Shown here: one piece after another, positions 33,248 to 45,249 of the stretch
Position numbering within the stretch: the first letter of the stretch is position 1
How the letters are laid out: each line of letters begins with the position of its first letter
Source of the DNA: Perkinsus chesapeaki ATCC PRA-425
Lineage: Eukaryota; Protista; Perkinsozoa
Length of the DNA: 64,000 nucleotides
Direction: 5' to 3'
Assembly (NCBI GenBank): GCA_013115145.1
Contig: JAAPAO010000068.1
Coordinates: 30,851 to 94,850, forward strand
Program-made: the position numbers and the translations under genes
Notes under the pieces: model-generated
What the model saw: the letters and a program-made list of their open reading frames with translations, nothing else
Told to the model about the DNA's origin: nothing
The model's database searches: none

Positions 33248-34300
33248 TTTGGAGCATTCTCTATAACGGGAGTTGAGTTTTAGTGATAATGTATTTTCTG
33301 TGGGTATACTAGGAACTCCAACAGGATCTTCTAGAAGATAAATTAAGTCATTCAATGCAAGTCAACTTTAGGCCAGTTTGGCTGTCTCCGTAACGTTCTA
33401 TCGAAAAGCCAGTCTATGCTGCAGTCGATGGGGGTAACCTGAACAAATGCCTTTCAAAGATGACTTTGATATGTCCTACGATGAGGGGTATGCATGCCAA
33501 GCCTATTATAGTAGGGAGGAACTTATCTACAACACAAAGTGGTCGAGGGTGGACGAGCTGAATGTTACTTTTCAGCTATCTCTGCTGTACTATCTTCCTT
33601 GATGCCCAGACGACCCTGTTGATAACCAATCCAGGCACTGCTACACTAGCTAGTAGTTGCCAGCCTAATGTATCGACGGCGACCTTCCACTGGTCGTTTT
33701 TGGCTCTCTTTGTCTTATCGAATGTGTCAGCCAGAACCTTCGATAAAACTGTCAGCAAGCGTTGGCACAGGCCATTACATAGGCAATGGCGGCACCGTAG
33801 GTGGCAATGTAGGCCGGTCTTGAGATAAGATACTTGAAAGATTCCCCGAGCTCGTTCGAGTAGCCCAAAAGCCTCACTGGGGTATCTCTGTACACATCAA
33901 TACGTGAGCCATCAGGTTTGGAACCAAGATGAAAGTACATGCTTAAAATTCAGGCAACTACTGAAGCGAATGGTGGAGGCAGAATTGACGGCAACTAAAC
34001 ATCTATTGGTGATGTGTAAAGGACGTTAGTGCTGTTCCTCGAAATACAGCTGTTCAGCGGCTCGAAACTGTCCTGTGCTCTGCTGCCACCGTTTAACCCG
34101 TCGGAGGGCGTCTCGTCGTTTCCTCTTCCACCCGTCTGTAAGCACCTGCCATACGCAATGTTAACGCTTCATCGATCATGCTTACTTTTCTAGTACTCAA
34201 CCACTCACGGCGAATCTCATCCTCGCTGCCTCGCCTGTAGAAAGGCCGTGCTTTGGGTATCTTCCGCCGGTCGATTGACGGCAAGAGAAACCGATACTCT
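33248..34300. repeat. ~1.05-kb near-identical segmental duplicate of 36210-37266
   Basis: Colinear match from TTTGGAGCATTCTCTATAAC to GAAACCGATACTCTTT, offset 2963 at MTFP1. Confidence 0.9.
33352..33940 (-). pseudogene. MTFP1: MTFP1/MTP18 duplicate with premature stop
   Basis: Near-identical to 36315-36903, but CAG>TAG at 33576-33578 (IVQQR*). Confidence 0.75.
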
Positions 34301-34350
34301 TTATTCTTACTGACGATGGCACCGAAGCCGTGATGACTTCGTAAGGGGTT

Positions 34351-34550
34351 TCAACAAAGGCAGCCATGCCCTATTGGTGAAGCTACTCTCAAGCCGTCTT
34401 GCATGAATTCACCCGACCTTCTGTGCCACGGAGGACGCTCGGAAAGTTCCTCTTTTATTGTCGGCGGTGCCGGTGAGGAGGTACGGTGGCCGCCCTTGCA
34501 CAGATCGATATGAGTATTGCCGTATTGGGCAACCCCTCCCACTGCACCGC
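34351..34550 (-). pseudogene. Relic of the 5' part of the large gene at 37.7-42.2 kb
   Basis: HIDLCKGGHRTSSPAPPTIKEELSERPPWH versus HLDLGEVSHRTSSPAPPSTKGELSELPPWH at ~41900-42010. Confidence 0.7.
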
Positions 34551-34792
34551 TTTAAAGACTAACGCCAAGGCAAACACAGGTGTTGGAAAACATACTTGAT
34601 TGATAGAGACATATTAAGCATAATGCTTCGACGATAAGTCTATCTAAAGCGACCTTACTTCTTCGTTGAGGAGATACATAATAGACGACATTAAAATATT
34701 GTTCCACGATAACAGTACTTACAGTGCTGCTCAACTCGAGAACCGTCAGCGTCGAGTCAGGGGCGTCTGGTTCATCAAGTTCATAACGCTAA

Positions 34793-35302
34793 CTATTTGA
34801 GTAAAACTGCACGACAGTACTGGCCGAGTGTTCCTCCAGCACACACGTGAATGCTACACTTGAAGTCGGTACCACGAGTGACAAAAGCTCTGAAAACGCC
34901 AGCAGCTCCGCCTGTCTCCATGGAGACGTTCTGTTTGAACTGACGGAAAGCATCCAAGTCCTTCGCACTCGCTTTCAGTGAGATTTCGCCAACAGCATGA
35001 GGACTGAACTTCACTTGCACCCACGGAGATATGTATTTCCTTTTTGGATGCAACGCCTTCGATGACATGGTCATACGAACTTGTATTTGCTCCCCGAGGG
35101 TGTCGAAAGCTAAAGTGATTTTCTTAGTGTAGCCCTCGGACACTCTTTTGGTGCGAAAGGTACGACCAGCCACGAGCTTGATGAGGTCTTTATCGGTAAA
35201 CGGTGCAGGGGCGTAGTCTGTGTGGCCAAGATACTGCGAAGGCTCGCAGACAACACTGGCAACCATAAAGATGATGCTGAGGCAGGCGGTGATAGAAGCC
35301 AT
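34793..35302 (-). CDS. Small secreted-type protein, family member S1
   Basis: Intronless 169-aa ORF with a hydrophobic N-terminus; paralogous to 42481-42981. Confidence 0.8.
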   Translation of the reverse strand: MASITACLSIIFMVASVVCEPSQYLGHTDYAPAPFTDKDLIKLVAGRTFRTKRVSEGYTKKITLAFDTLGEQIQVRMTMSSKALHPKRKYISPWVQVKFSPHAVGEISLKASAKDLDAFRQFKQNVSMETGGAAGVFRAFVTRGTDFKCSIHVCAGGTLGQYCRAVLLK

Positions 35303-36314
35303 TGGAAACGGCGAAAGCGGCGTCGTGTGACCTGTAACTGAAGACGTGGAGGCGAACGCCCTAACTCAATAGCTGCGAAGGTTGCAAGTGAAGTCTTGCA
35401 GCACAGCTTCAAAGAGCCGACGGTGGCGACAGCACCAACGGAACACAGTGTTACCAAAGGCCTGTGCCGCAAGGCTGTGCCGCGAATGAGGACTGCTTCT
35501 CGTAGTAAATGCTGCAGCTCATAACCAGTAGCTCGTAGATAGCTCTTGACATCAACAGGAGCCCCTCTTGATGGGAAAACAGTTCTCAACATGGATTCAT
35601 GGACGCAACGGCCGAATCGAAGATCAAGCCCGGCCTGCCGATGCTGGCGCAATATATCACATAAAGCAGCTCAACGAACGGTCCTTGTCTTGTTGCAGTA
35701 GCCGTGTCATGCGCTTGGGGCCACGAACATTTCCCTAAGGAAATGTAGGTGTCACTTTCAAAGTGATATTAGCTACAATATGGAGTGTTTCCGCAGCGGC
35801 ACCAAGCGTGGGCACAAGCCCCGCGCCATGGAGGGACATGTTGCGCGCCGACAACAAGGTCAAAGGATAGACTAGCTCCGTGGAAGTAGCTGCTGCTTGT
35901 TCTACCTTGATAATACGAATGCAAGGGGAAAAGGAAGTCAACAAAGGTTTCTTCGTATTTAGCTTACTCTCGCAAGGGGAATCCCCTGGGCACGCATGTA
36001 CAGTACATGATGTACAATTGAGCGGACGGCGCATGATGAATATCCTTCACGAATAGAGAAGTGACTCAGACAACAACGGGCTTAATACGATGATTGTCAA
36101 TGGCGTACTAAGGAACTACTTGAAATGCTCCGTACTTGAGTTACTTTTGCTGCGAGAGCCTCACAAAAGGAAATCCGCTGTGCACGTATGTACGATAGAG
36201 AAGGAAGATTTTGGAGCATTCTCTATAACAGGAGTTGTGTTTTAGTGATAACCTATCTTTTTGTGGGTTTACTAGGAACTCCAACAGGATCTTCTAGAAG
36301 ATAAATTAAGTCAT

Positions 36315-36903
36315 TCAATGCAAGTCAACTTTAGGCCAGTTTGGCTGTCTCCGTAACGTTCTATCGAGAAGCCAGTCTATGCTGCAGTCGATGGGGGTAA
36401 CCTGAACAAATGCCTTTCAAAGATGACTTTGATATGTCCTACGATGAGGGGTATGCATGCCAAGCCTATTATAGTAGGGAGGAACTTGTCTACAACACAA
36501 AGTGGTCGAGGGTGGACGAGCTGAATGTTACTTTTCAGCTGTCTCTGCTGTACTATCTTCCTTGATGCCCAGACGACCCTGTTGATAACCAATCCAGGCA
36601 CTGCTACACTAGCTAGTAGTTGCCAGCCTAATGTATCGACGGCGACTTTCCACTGGTCGTTTTTGGCTCTCTTTGTCTTATCGAATGTGTCAGCCAGAAC
36701 CTTCGGTAAAACCGTCAGCAAGCGTTGGCACAGGCCATTACATAGGCAATGGCGGCACCGTAGGTGGCAATGTAGGCCGGTCTTGAGATAAGATACTTGA
36801 AAGATTCCCCGAGCTCGTTCGAGTAGCCCAAAAGCCTCACTGGGGTATCTCTGTACACATCAATACGTGAGCCATCAGGTTTGGAACCAAGATGAAAGTA
36901 CAT
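36315..36903 (-). CDS. MTFP1: Mitochondrial fission process protein 1 (MTP18 family)
   Basis: IDVYRDTPVRLLGYSNELGESF...AY|VLADTFDK...VDTLGWQLLASVAVPGLVINRVV...PTIIGLACIPLI|VTPID, the MTP18 family pattern. Confidence 0.9.
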
Positions 36904-36988
36904 GCTCAAAATTCAGGCAACCACTGAAGCGATTGGTGGAGGCAGAATTGACGGCAACTAAACATCTATTGGTGATGTGTGAAGGACG

Positions 36989-37564
36989 TTAGTGCTGTTC
37001 CTCGAAATACAGCTGTTCAGCGGCTCGAAACTGTCCTGTGCTCTGCTGCCACCGTTTAACCCGTCGGAGGGCGTCTCGTCGTTTCCTCTTCCAGCCGTCT
37101 GTAAGCACCTGCCATACGCAATGTTAACGCTTCATCGATCATGCTTACTTTTCTAGTACTCAACCACTCACGGCGAATCTGATCCTCGCTGCCTCGCCTG
37201 TAGAAAGGCCGTGCTTTGGGTATCTTCCGCCGGTCGATTGGCGGCAAGAGAAACCGATACTCTTTCTTAGCCTGGTCCGCCGCTTCGTCGCTAGTCGCCA
37301 CGGATTCAGTATCGTCCTCTGCAGTGACAGTGATCGGCTTCTTCCCCAACGAGGCGAGCCAGGATACTGTTGATGGCACCGAAGCTGTGAAGACTCCATC
37401 AGTGGACCGACGGCAGGAGGCAAGCTACCTCCGGGTGCTGCTGCTCCTTCTTGGCCTTCCAGGTCTTGCTCTTCCTCCTCTTGCTGCTGTTCCATCTGTC
37501 TCTTCTTAAACATGCTCGCGAAGCTCGAGTTGATGGTCCATTTCCGAGGTGACGGTGTGGCCAT
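36989..37564 (-). CDS. Hypothetical small protein (Q/E-rich N-terminus, basic C-terminus), multi-exon
   Basis: MATPSPRKW...QQQEEEEQ...PKARPFYRRGSEDQIRREWLSTRK|VLTDGWKRKRRDALRRVKR...EEQH*. Confidence 0.55.
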
Positions 37565-37699
37565 GATGCAACGGCCCCTTAACAGTATAGGCTGCGGGAA
37601 TAGGCACAGAATTTGCAAACTCAACGCAACCTGAATCAGCCACATCGTCAGTGTACAAGGCATGTACGTGCAAGTGAGAATTAGCGACAAGAAAGGCCT

Positions 37700-40600
37700 A
37701 TTCGGTGTGCTTCGGGCCTTTGGGCTCCGGTTTCCGCGGATGCTTCAACTGAAAGGAGGACTCCCCTGTGATTGGGTTGAACCTGCACCGATCACTTACG
37801 CAAGCGTGGAAGCGTGCCTGCTCACCCCAAATGGTTCCGAGCTGCCAAATGATTTGCCCTCAGCTTTCCTCGCCACTTTACAAGCTCATCGTGGTACTGC
37901 AGTCGACGACCCTCCTAAAGCTCCAAGTTATCTGATGCCCGTAGAAGTCTCCTTCCCCACCTCAGTGTCGTGGTACCCGAGACCGACAATGTCATAGGCC
38001 TGCCCGGATACGTTCTTTCTGCCGAGCATTGGGTCCTCCTGACCGAACGTCAACAACAGCAAAGGCGGCATCTCACTTGTAACCGCTGCTGTCTCTTGGC
38101 TTCCTCTTCTTCCTTCTTCTCGATGGAATTCCATCGTTCCGCCTCTCGATCGAACCTTGCACAAAATTGCCGCTATTGCCATCTGCTACGTAGATCTCAC
38201 CGCTGTTTTCGTAAGGTTTCCGCACACTCGGCTCGGCGCCTCACAAGTGTCTCGTGCTCGACTCTGTTTAGCTGAGAGTAAGAGCTCCAAAACATTTGTT
38301 GGCGTCAACAGCCTACATCCTGGCCGAGGTCGCTCGTGGTCACAAACCGCTCAACGGCCTCCGCGTCCGCTGGACAGCCCTTGAGCACACCGGTGACGCT
38401 TTCGAATGCCTCGTATCTTCCATTAAGATATCTTCCTCAAATCATGGACGGGGACCTACCGGTGATAACCGCCGGTCCTGTTCATGAGCCTTTGCTTTTC
38501 GACCGCATCACGATCCTTGTAAAGTTGCCGCTCTGCTCGAGAGCGAGGAACAGTCATGGCACGTGCTGCTTCACCGATACACAGGACTCCCGGGAACGCA
38601 AGAGGAGACAACGTGCAGTCAAATAACGACTCTTTGGGTTTACATGGTAAACATGGACAGTGCTGCACTGCTGGCAAGATCAACCCCATCACTCAGTCGA
38701 TACCTGCTGCAGCTTCCAACACGCGCAATTGCATACCCGACCCACCTGCCCGATTTCACCCTCGCCATCGGCAGCCTCTTGTCCGTCCTCTGTGTACTCT
38801 GCCACGTCTTCACCGTAATAGTCCTCCTGGGGTAGAGCTAAGATGCCACGGTGCCCGCCAGACCCACCTCCCCCTCGGGCCATATCCTCTGTATGATCTC
38901 CGAAACTTGCTCATTTAGATAAGTGATATCTTGCAGCTGTTTATCTGCGCGCTCAGTCCCCACATATCTGACCACCGGAGATGCGTCGACTACCAGAAGA
39001 TTGAGACTCACCCCATGCCGATCGCGCCCAAGGCGAACAGCAAGGCGATGATCGCCAAGTAGCCCGGAGGAGTAAACAGGGCTGTGCTGCTGTCGATCTT
39101 CTTCGACTCTTCTATCGCATCGTCCACGTGAGCCCGGATGGTGTTCTGAAAGGCAAAGTAATGTCCCACCTGTAGATCTTGACGAAAGAGAAGTACCGGT
39201 GATGTCTTCTCGACAATCGTGCGAAGCTCCTTCTCAATCAAGCCAATCTTATGCTCCTGTACTTCGCTTACTCTCACAAGCGACTGAAACCACCATTGAA
39301 CAGCTAGAGGTGTCAGAAAGAACGTACTTCCACTCGATCCTCAGGGCTGAACACGTACTGGCTGGTGGGATTTTGCAGGAACCGAACTTTAGCCTCGAGG
39401 TCCTCAACTGAGGGGAATCAGCTTCATCACAACAGTAGTCGCTTGAGGTGTACTTCTAGCTGTGAGCTCATCGTCGACTCCCTTAGAGTCACTCGCCCCA
39501 ATATTGATGCTCTCCGCGGTGTCCTTCGCTTCCTTGACGGCCATCGAGTCCACCTTCTGTGAAAGGGCTCGCAACGAGGAGCGCAGGGCCTAAGAGAACT
39601 CCAATGCGATAAGAGGAAGCAGCTCCGATAGGTACCTGCATCGATCTAGCCTGAGCCTCGGATATATGATGAAGTCCGCTAATGTCTTCATCCATGCCTT
39701 CTTGTACACTGTTCAAGTCGGCGCTCAGCAGAGAGAGGCTGAAGGGGCCAAATAAGTGAGATTGAGAGCGACCAGCGGCTACTAGTCCGGATCGTAGGCG
39801 ATGGAATGGTTGCCCCTCAGCTGCCCTCCTTCGCTCAGTTCACTGTGGAGACTCTCGAAGGCTTTTGAGAGCTGAAAGCGTAATGAGGCCGATCAGCTGA
39901 AAGTGAAGCGGACTAACCTGGTCAATCCTATTTCGATTGAGCGTCTCCGCCCTAATGATGTTGCTGACAGCATCCGACAGAGCCGTCACTTTCTTCCGCT
40001 CCTCCTCGGTGATGGCCGGTATAGAAGAGGTTCCATTAGCAGCTGTGAGTTGTTGCCGAAGCATCTTGAGCAAGAAAGCATATTATCTCAAGCACTAGCC
40101 TGACGGTGAGCTACTCACCTCCTCAGCTCGGCTAAGTATCGCCATAGGATCGTCGTTCTTGTCCGTTGAAGGCGGTATAACTAACAAAACCATCATAACA
40201 TCGCTCCGCCTCATCCCTCCACCTTTCCCCATAAGAGCCGCAAGATCCTCCACCAGAGATAATAACGCTTTTGCATTCTGCTGGAAGCCGGCCGTCAACG
40301 TATCTCTCACCGATGTAAGATTTCGCTTCGACACGTCCAATGTGCCACTCTGAAGAGAAGCTAATGCGGATCCGAGGAAGAATCTTCGTTCCTACCATCT
40401 GGCCGAGGGTGGCGTCGAGTCTGTTCTCCTCTCTTTCTATTTGAGATATCCTCTGTTCATCGATAGCTTGCAAATTGGCCTGTAACAAAAATACCGCCAC
40501 CGAGGATCGAACCTACACCCTTGCCTGTTGTGCCACCTCCGTCTGCTGCTGAATCTGCTGTGACATCAAACTGGGCGGTGGAGGGAAGAGTGTGGCGCTC

Positions 40601-42249
40601 ACTGGCTCCGCAATTGCCAACCCGGCGCTGGGCAGAGGGATACTTGACAACGTCTGCGGTCGAGCCACAAAGGGATTCTGACAAAGATTTCAGTCCGCCC
40701 TGATGGAGTTGTCGAGCCTCACAGCGCCGCATTCACAGTGGCAATTAGGCTTCCACCCGCAGACGCTGCTCGGGCGGTCGGTGGCCGTGGACCCTCTCAA
40801 CTCCTGGACACCGCAATCCCGTCTGGTGCAGGCAGGTGCGCATTCGGTAGCGATGCTCTCTAAGAGTCCGCTCGCCGTAGAATAGCGTATCTGTGGACAC
40901 ATGACCGCGCGCCACAAAAAGCGAGCCTACATACCCCTTTTGCGGTTTCGGCGTCCTTGCAGGGCTGTCCCTCCCGCCACAATCGACGGCTCTCAGTGGG
41001 AGCGTAACCATAAACGGTGATCCCTGTGGACAACTTGCGCACAATTTGCCTAAGAGAAATCCCTACCATCGGAGCACTGCAGTCTGAGCTCCATCAAAGG
41101 AGAGCCCGCTGCCTCCGACTCGGCGGCAGTGCTGATGGCCGACATCACAACCTGCACGAAGCTGACGTGAGACTTCACCAAAGTGGCAGCAACTACTCTC
41201 TGGCCATCCTGGCGGTCCATACAGGCCAGTCGCGTCCACTGCTGCTGGTTTGATGCCTTCGGAGTGGCAGGCTGACGAAACAGATACATCATTGATCGAA
41301 GAGCCGCGAGGACTTACCGAATGCTTTAGCTGGTCGAGATCACCATCACAAATGAGCGCCACTGCCGCAACAGATTCGTGCTTGCCTACACTCCACAGTC
41401 GACCACATCGCAACAGCATCGGCTGCTTACCTCCGGTGTATCCCCGAGTAGGATCGTTCATAAGAACCCAGAGGCCCCTAGCTTCATATCCATCAGAGCA
41501 AACCATGTCCCTTGTAGACCTCAGAGTTCCGCCACCGCTAGTGGGCGGCGCCGCCGCCGATGTGGCTGAGCAGAGCAAGTGCAGATTCATCCGAGTCAGC
41601 GCCCTTACTTCGCGTTGTTGTTGTAGTTACGGTTGGTGTAGTAGTTACGGGACTCGTTGGTGCACTCGGGGTGGTACTAGTGATAGCTTTCGAAGCTCTC
41701 GCACGAGTGGCGCTGCTGGTCGCAGGAACTTCCCAGTTGTCGTCGCCTGTGTCCACGTCAAACAATGCCGAACTGCCACCCGCAGCTGATGATGCACTCT
41801 CTCCCTCGCTCTTGATGACGTTCAAAGGATCCACAGACCCATCTGAGGTAAACACATTCCCTATTAATATGACTTCCTCCGCTCAACACTCTATCCGATC
41901 TTACCTTCTGTGTGCCACGGAGGAAGTTCGGAAAGTTCTCCTTTTGTTGACGGTGGCGCCGGTGAGGAGGTACGGTGGCTGACCTCGCCGAGATCGAGAT
42001 GAAAGTGTGACCCGACTTTGTAGTCTAGATCGCCGAGATCGGCTGCAGTAACAGAAGGCCATGGACTCGTCACCAGAGATGCATCTCCAGCTAGCAAAGG
42101 ACAGGGATTTTCGCACTCGAAAGATTCGCCCTACTTCCCAGAGAGTCGTAGTCGTCATCGTCCGAAAAGGAGAACTTCTCCTCTTTTAACCGAGAGAGCG
42201 TCGATATTAACAGAGTGAAGGAATAAAGGAAGAATACATTCGTAAACAT
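37700..42249 (-). CDS. Large multi-exon hypothetical protein: hydrophobic N-terminus, Thr/Ser-rich tract, coiled coil, internal TM helix (3' end uncertain)
   Basis: Exons join in frame through GT-AG introns: MFTNVFFLYSFTLLIS..., TTPTVTTTTTR|TTSAAAPP, EVAQQAR|ANLQAIDEQR, PGYLAIIALLFALGAIGMG|YVGTERADK. No confident family. Confidence 0.45.
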
Positions 42250-42480
42250 ATTAGAAGTAATGGCTGACGGGCACGAGCATGACACAGCCCCCCCACTGCA
42301 CCGCTTCGATGGTGAACACAACGGATGACGAAGCATGGAAAAAGATTTGCCCGTAGTATGACCAAAAAGCTGACAATATGTGCTTCTTCAATATCTTCCA
42401 TCGACTAAACAGATCACAATGAAGGTGTCTTGCATAAGATAGACTAGCCGATACCAACAGCGTGAGGCCTCTGGGCTGAG

Positions 42481-42981
42481 CTACTGGAGTAAGACTGATT
42501 GACAGTACTTGCCGAGAGTACCTCCAGCACAGACATGTATGGTATATATGAAACCAAGGCCGCGAGTAACCAGGCACTTGAAGGAACCAGTAGTTCCGTC
42601 GGTCTCCATGGAGACCTCTTGTTTGAACTCGCGGAAAGCATCCGGGTCATCAGCAGTCAGTCCGAGCTGTCCGACACATTGGGGAGGGAACTTCACGTTG
42701 AGCCATGGAGATACGTAGGTTCTTCCTGGGTGCTTCGCCTTCTCCGACATACTCATGCTAATTCGCACTTCCTCCCCGTGGGCATCGAAGCTCAGAACGA
42801 CTTCTTTAGTGTAGACCCCCTTCTCCGAGGAACGGAAGCTTCGACCTGCCACGAGCTTAACTAGGTCTTTGTCGCACGTGGGTACAGGGCCATTGACCCT
42901 GGGGGTGAAAAGTCCCCAAGCCTCGCAGACAATACTAACGGTCATGACAATGATGCCTAGACGTGTGATGATGGTAGCCAT
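42481..42981 (-). CDS. Small secreted-type protein, family member S2
   Basis: 166-aa intronless ORF sharing DKDLxKLVAGRxF, YxSPW, DAFRxFKQxVSMET and IHVCAGGTLGxYC with S1. Confidence 0.8.
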   Translation of the reverse strand: MATIITRLGIIVMTVSIVCEAWGLFTPRVNGPVPTCDKDLVKLVAGRSFRSSEKGVYTKEVVLSFDAHGEEVRISMSMSEKAKHPGRTYVSPWLNVKFPPQCVGQLGLTADDPDAFREFKQEVSMETDGTTGSFKCLVTRGLGFIYTIHVCAGGTLGKYCQSVLLQ

Positions 42982-43676
42982 TGAAAAGATTGGATGTCAG
43001 GAGGACTTCTACTGAAGAGCAAGTAGCCAGAGCGCCCTCACGAAGAGCAAGACTGAGAGGATGTACTTCCTATGAGCTAAGATTCAAGGAGCCGAAAGCC
43101 TGTAATGACCCGCAATTAGTTGCAGGTAGTGACAACGTGGACCCGCCACGACAGTAGAGTTGAGTGAGTGTTTAGGATGCCCCCTGGTCCGCACGCGTGC
43201 GCACGCAGGTGACGTGCCGTTTGTTCGCCTACATTGTTTATACGTACAACTTCATGAGTAATCAAGTCCTGTAGCTGGGTGAATTGAAATACGGTGAGTC
43301 AGAGATTCTCTATCCTTTTAAGACTAATACGGTCCCGAGCTCTACAGTCGGGCACACCTCAACCAGACCCAACCTGTATGGTGCATCTGACAAAGAAGAG
43401 TCATGTGCGCACCAGGAAGATTCACCAGGTTAGTTTCCCCGCAACCTTCTCGTCTTGTTTCCGTCGTGACGACTCGATCTTAACAAAGAAGAGGAGTAAG
43501 GGGAATATGCATCCGTGAACATTTAGCATAAAATGTTGGGCGATGGATACGACTACAGCACCTCCCTCGCAGTCCACTCGTGGGGAACACAAAGGAACCA
43601 CACACTGAAATATTAGTAGCTGTTGGTCTAAATCAATGTTGAAAAGGCCAACGCCTAACCCCAAAACGAGTTTCTC

Positions 43677-44128
43677 TTAAGCCGCGTGCCAGTATGAGAA
43701 TGTGGCACTAGAAAAGAACTTGTCAGTAGACGTGAACTCGGGGTCACGAGTGAGAAGACTACTCGAAGAGTCAGCTGCTCCACCAGTCTCCATAGCGCTT
43801 TTCTTCTCGAACCCGCGGAAAGCATCCAAGTGATCCGCATCAGCTTCAAGTCCAAGCTGTCTGATAGAGTAACGAGGGTACTTCACATTCAGCCATGGCG
43901 ACACATAAGTCTTCCCTGGGTTCTTCGCTTTCGATGACATACTCATACTAATTTGCTTTCTCTCCCCATGGGTGCCAGCTTTTCAGTGTAGCCAAGCATT
44001 TGCTTGAATTTGAAAGAACGACCAGCCACATAGTGAGCTAGTTCTTTCGCATCAGTCGGTGTGGCATCGCAGACCATACTGAAGGCGGCCATGGCGATGA
44101 AGGCAACAGACGGGGCGATGGAGACCAT
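43677..44128 (-). pseudogene. Secreted family member S3, frameshifted
   Basis: MVSIAPSVAF...YVAGRSF...GYTEK, then a frame change at ~43975 to THGERKQISMSMSSKAKNPGKTYVSPW...DAFRGFEKKSAMET. Confidence 0.75.
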
Positions 44129-44590
44129 TTTATTAGACAAGAAAACGGCGCCGTGCGAGTTCGGCTGAGGAAGTACCGCGACTTCAAGTGCTCTAGATTG
44201 CGGCAAACAGCTCGCGAATAGCGTTGAATCGCTTCCTTGATAGATCTAACTCGCCTGAGGAGAGCAGCTTCGTTGCGGGGGTAATTTCCCGGCAAGTTCT
44301 CACGGGCGCAACATTCAGCTCTCCCTGTGTCACGGAGACACCTTTATAGGTCACCGTCGGTGACTTCAAGTGACCTATGATGGTCCTTCTATCCTCACTT
44401 AAGGATCGTAGACTCCTCAACATCGCTGTATGGTGATAAGGTTGTCAAACAGAAGCAGGAAACCCCTACTGCAGTGAGAGAGAAGTCACCATTAAACATG
44501 TTCTATAAGCTGATAAGTAAGCCCGAAGCCCCGGATTGATGAACAAGGTAAATTCGGTACACAGTGACATCTATATTTCCATGGTTAAGT

Positions 44591-45154
44591 TCAGGATTTA
44601 ATACTGCAAGAAATCTTATCCTTCAAGGTGTTCGACTTCAAATCAATTCTTTTAGACCACAGCGATGTTGTGTCGCTTCCGATCTTCACATACATAGCGA
44701 AACCTCCACCAGAGCCCGGGAAAATGTAAGCGTCGATACTTCCATCAGTGTTGGTTTGCTTGCCCAACTCCGACTTGAAAATGTTAAAGGCGTCTTCCTC
44801 CCCCGGCGCAGGCCCAATGATGGCGCCCTTCTGCCCAATCACGAACTTCCCGCCTATGTTCTGCAGCCTCGGATTCAATGTGATTCTCATCCACGGACTC
44901 TTCAGTATCTTACCCGGCGTGGCGGCTTTTTTGCCGAGTTGCAGTTGGAATCTTGCTCTCCACTTTTTGGCCTCGGCTCTTATTCTCACCGAGGCCTTCG
45001 GGATGAATTCCTCATCCTCACAGGAGGCAAATTTGCGGCCTTCTTCCGAACGAACGTAGTCCGCGAGATCCTGCCTGGTGAGAAGTTTTCCCGATCCTTT
45101 CCCCGCAAGGCTCGAGATGGGGATAAGAGCTACAGCAAGCAGGAGAATGCGCAT
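44591..45154 (-). CDS. Small secreted-type protein, divergent family member S4
   Basis: 187-aa intronless ORF with a signal-peptide-like start MRILLLAVALIPISSLAG; retains DLADYV, KSPW and DAFNIFK. Confidence 0.7.
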   Translation of the reverse strand: MRILLLAVALIPISSLAGKGSGKLLTRQDLADYVRSEEGRKFASCEDEEFIPKASVRIRAEAKKWRARFQLQLGKKAATPGKILKSPWMRITLNPRLQNIGGKFVIGQKGAIIGPAPGEEDAFNIFKSELGKQTNTDGSIDAYIFPGSGGGFAMYVKIGSDTTSLWSKRIDLKSNTLKDKISCSIKS

Positions 45155-45249
45155 CGATAAAGCTCGTCAGGAGCACAAAAAACCCTACCGACAGCCGCTG
45201 GCAAAAACCCATATAGCGGGACGGGCCACCATGTACGCAAGTCGAAGAA

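Noticed and set aside
37900-38620. SUN or SGNH-hydrolase domain in the large hypothetical gene
   Set aside because: SUN motifs (CWAF, NWG..YTC) were not found, and the SGNH resemblance lacks the GDS serine.
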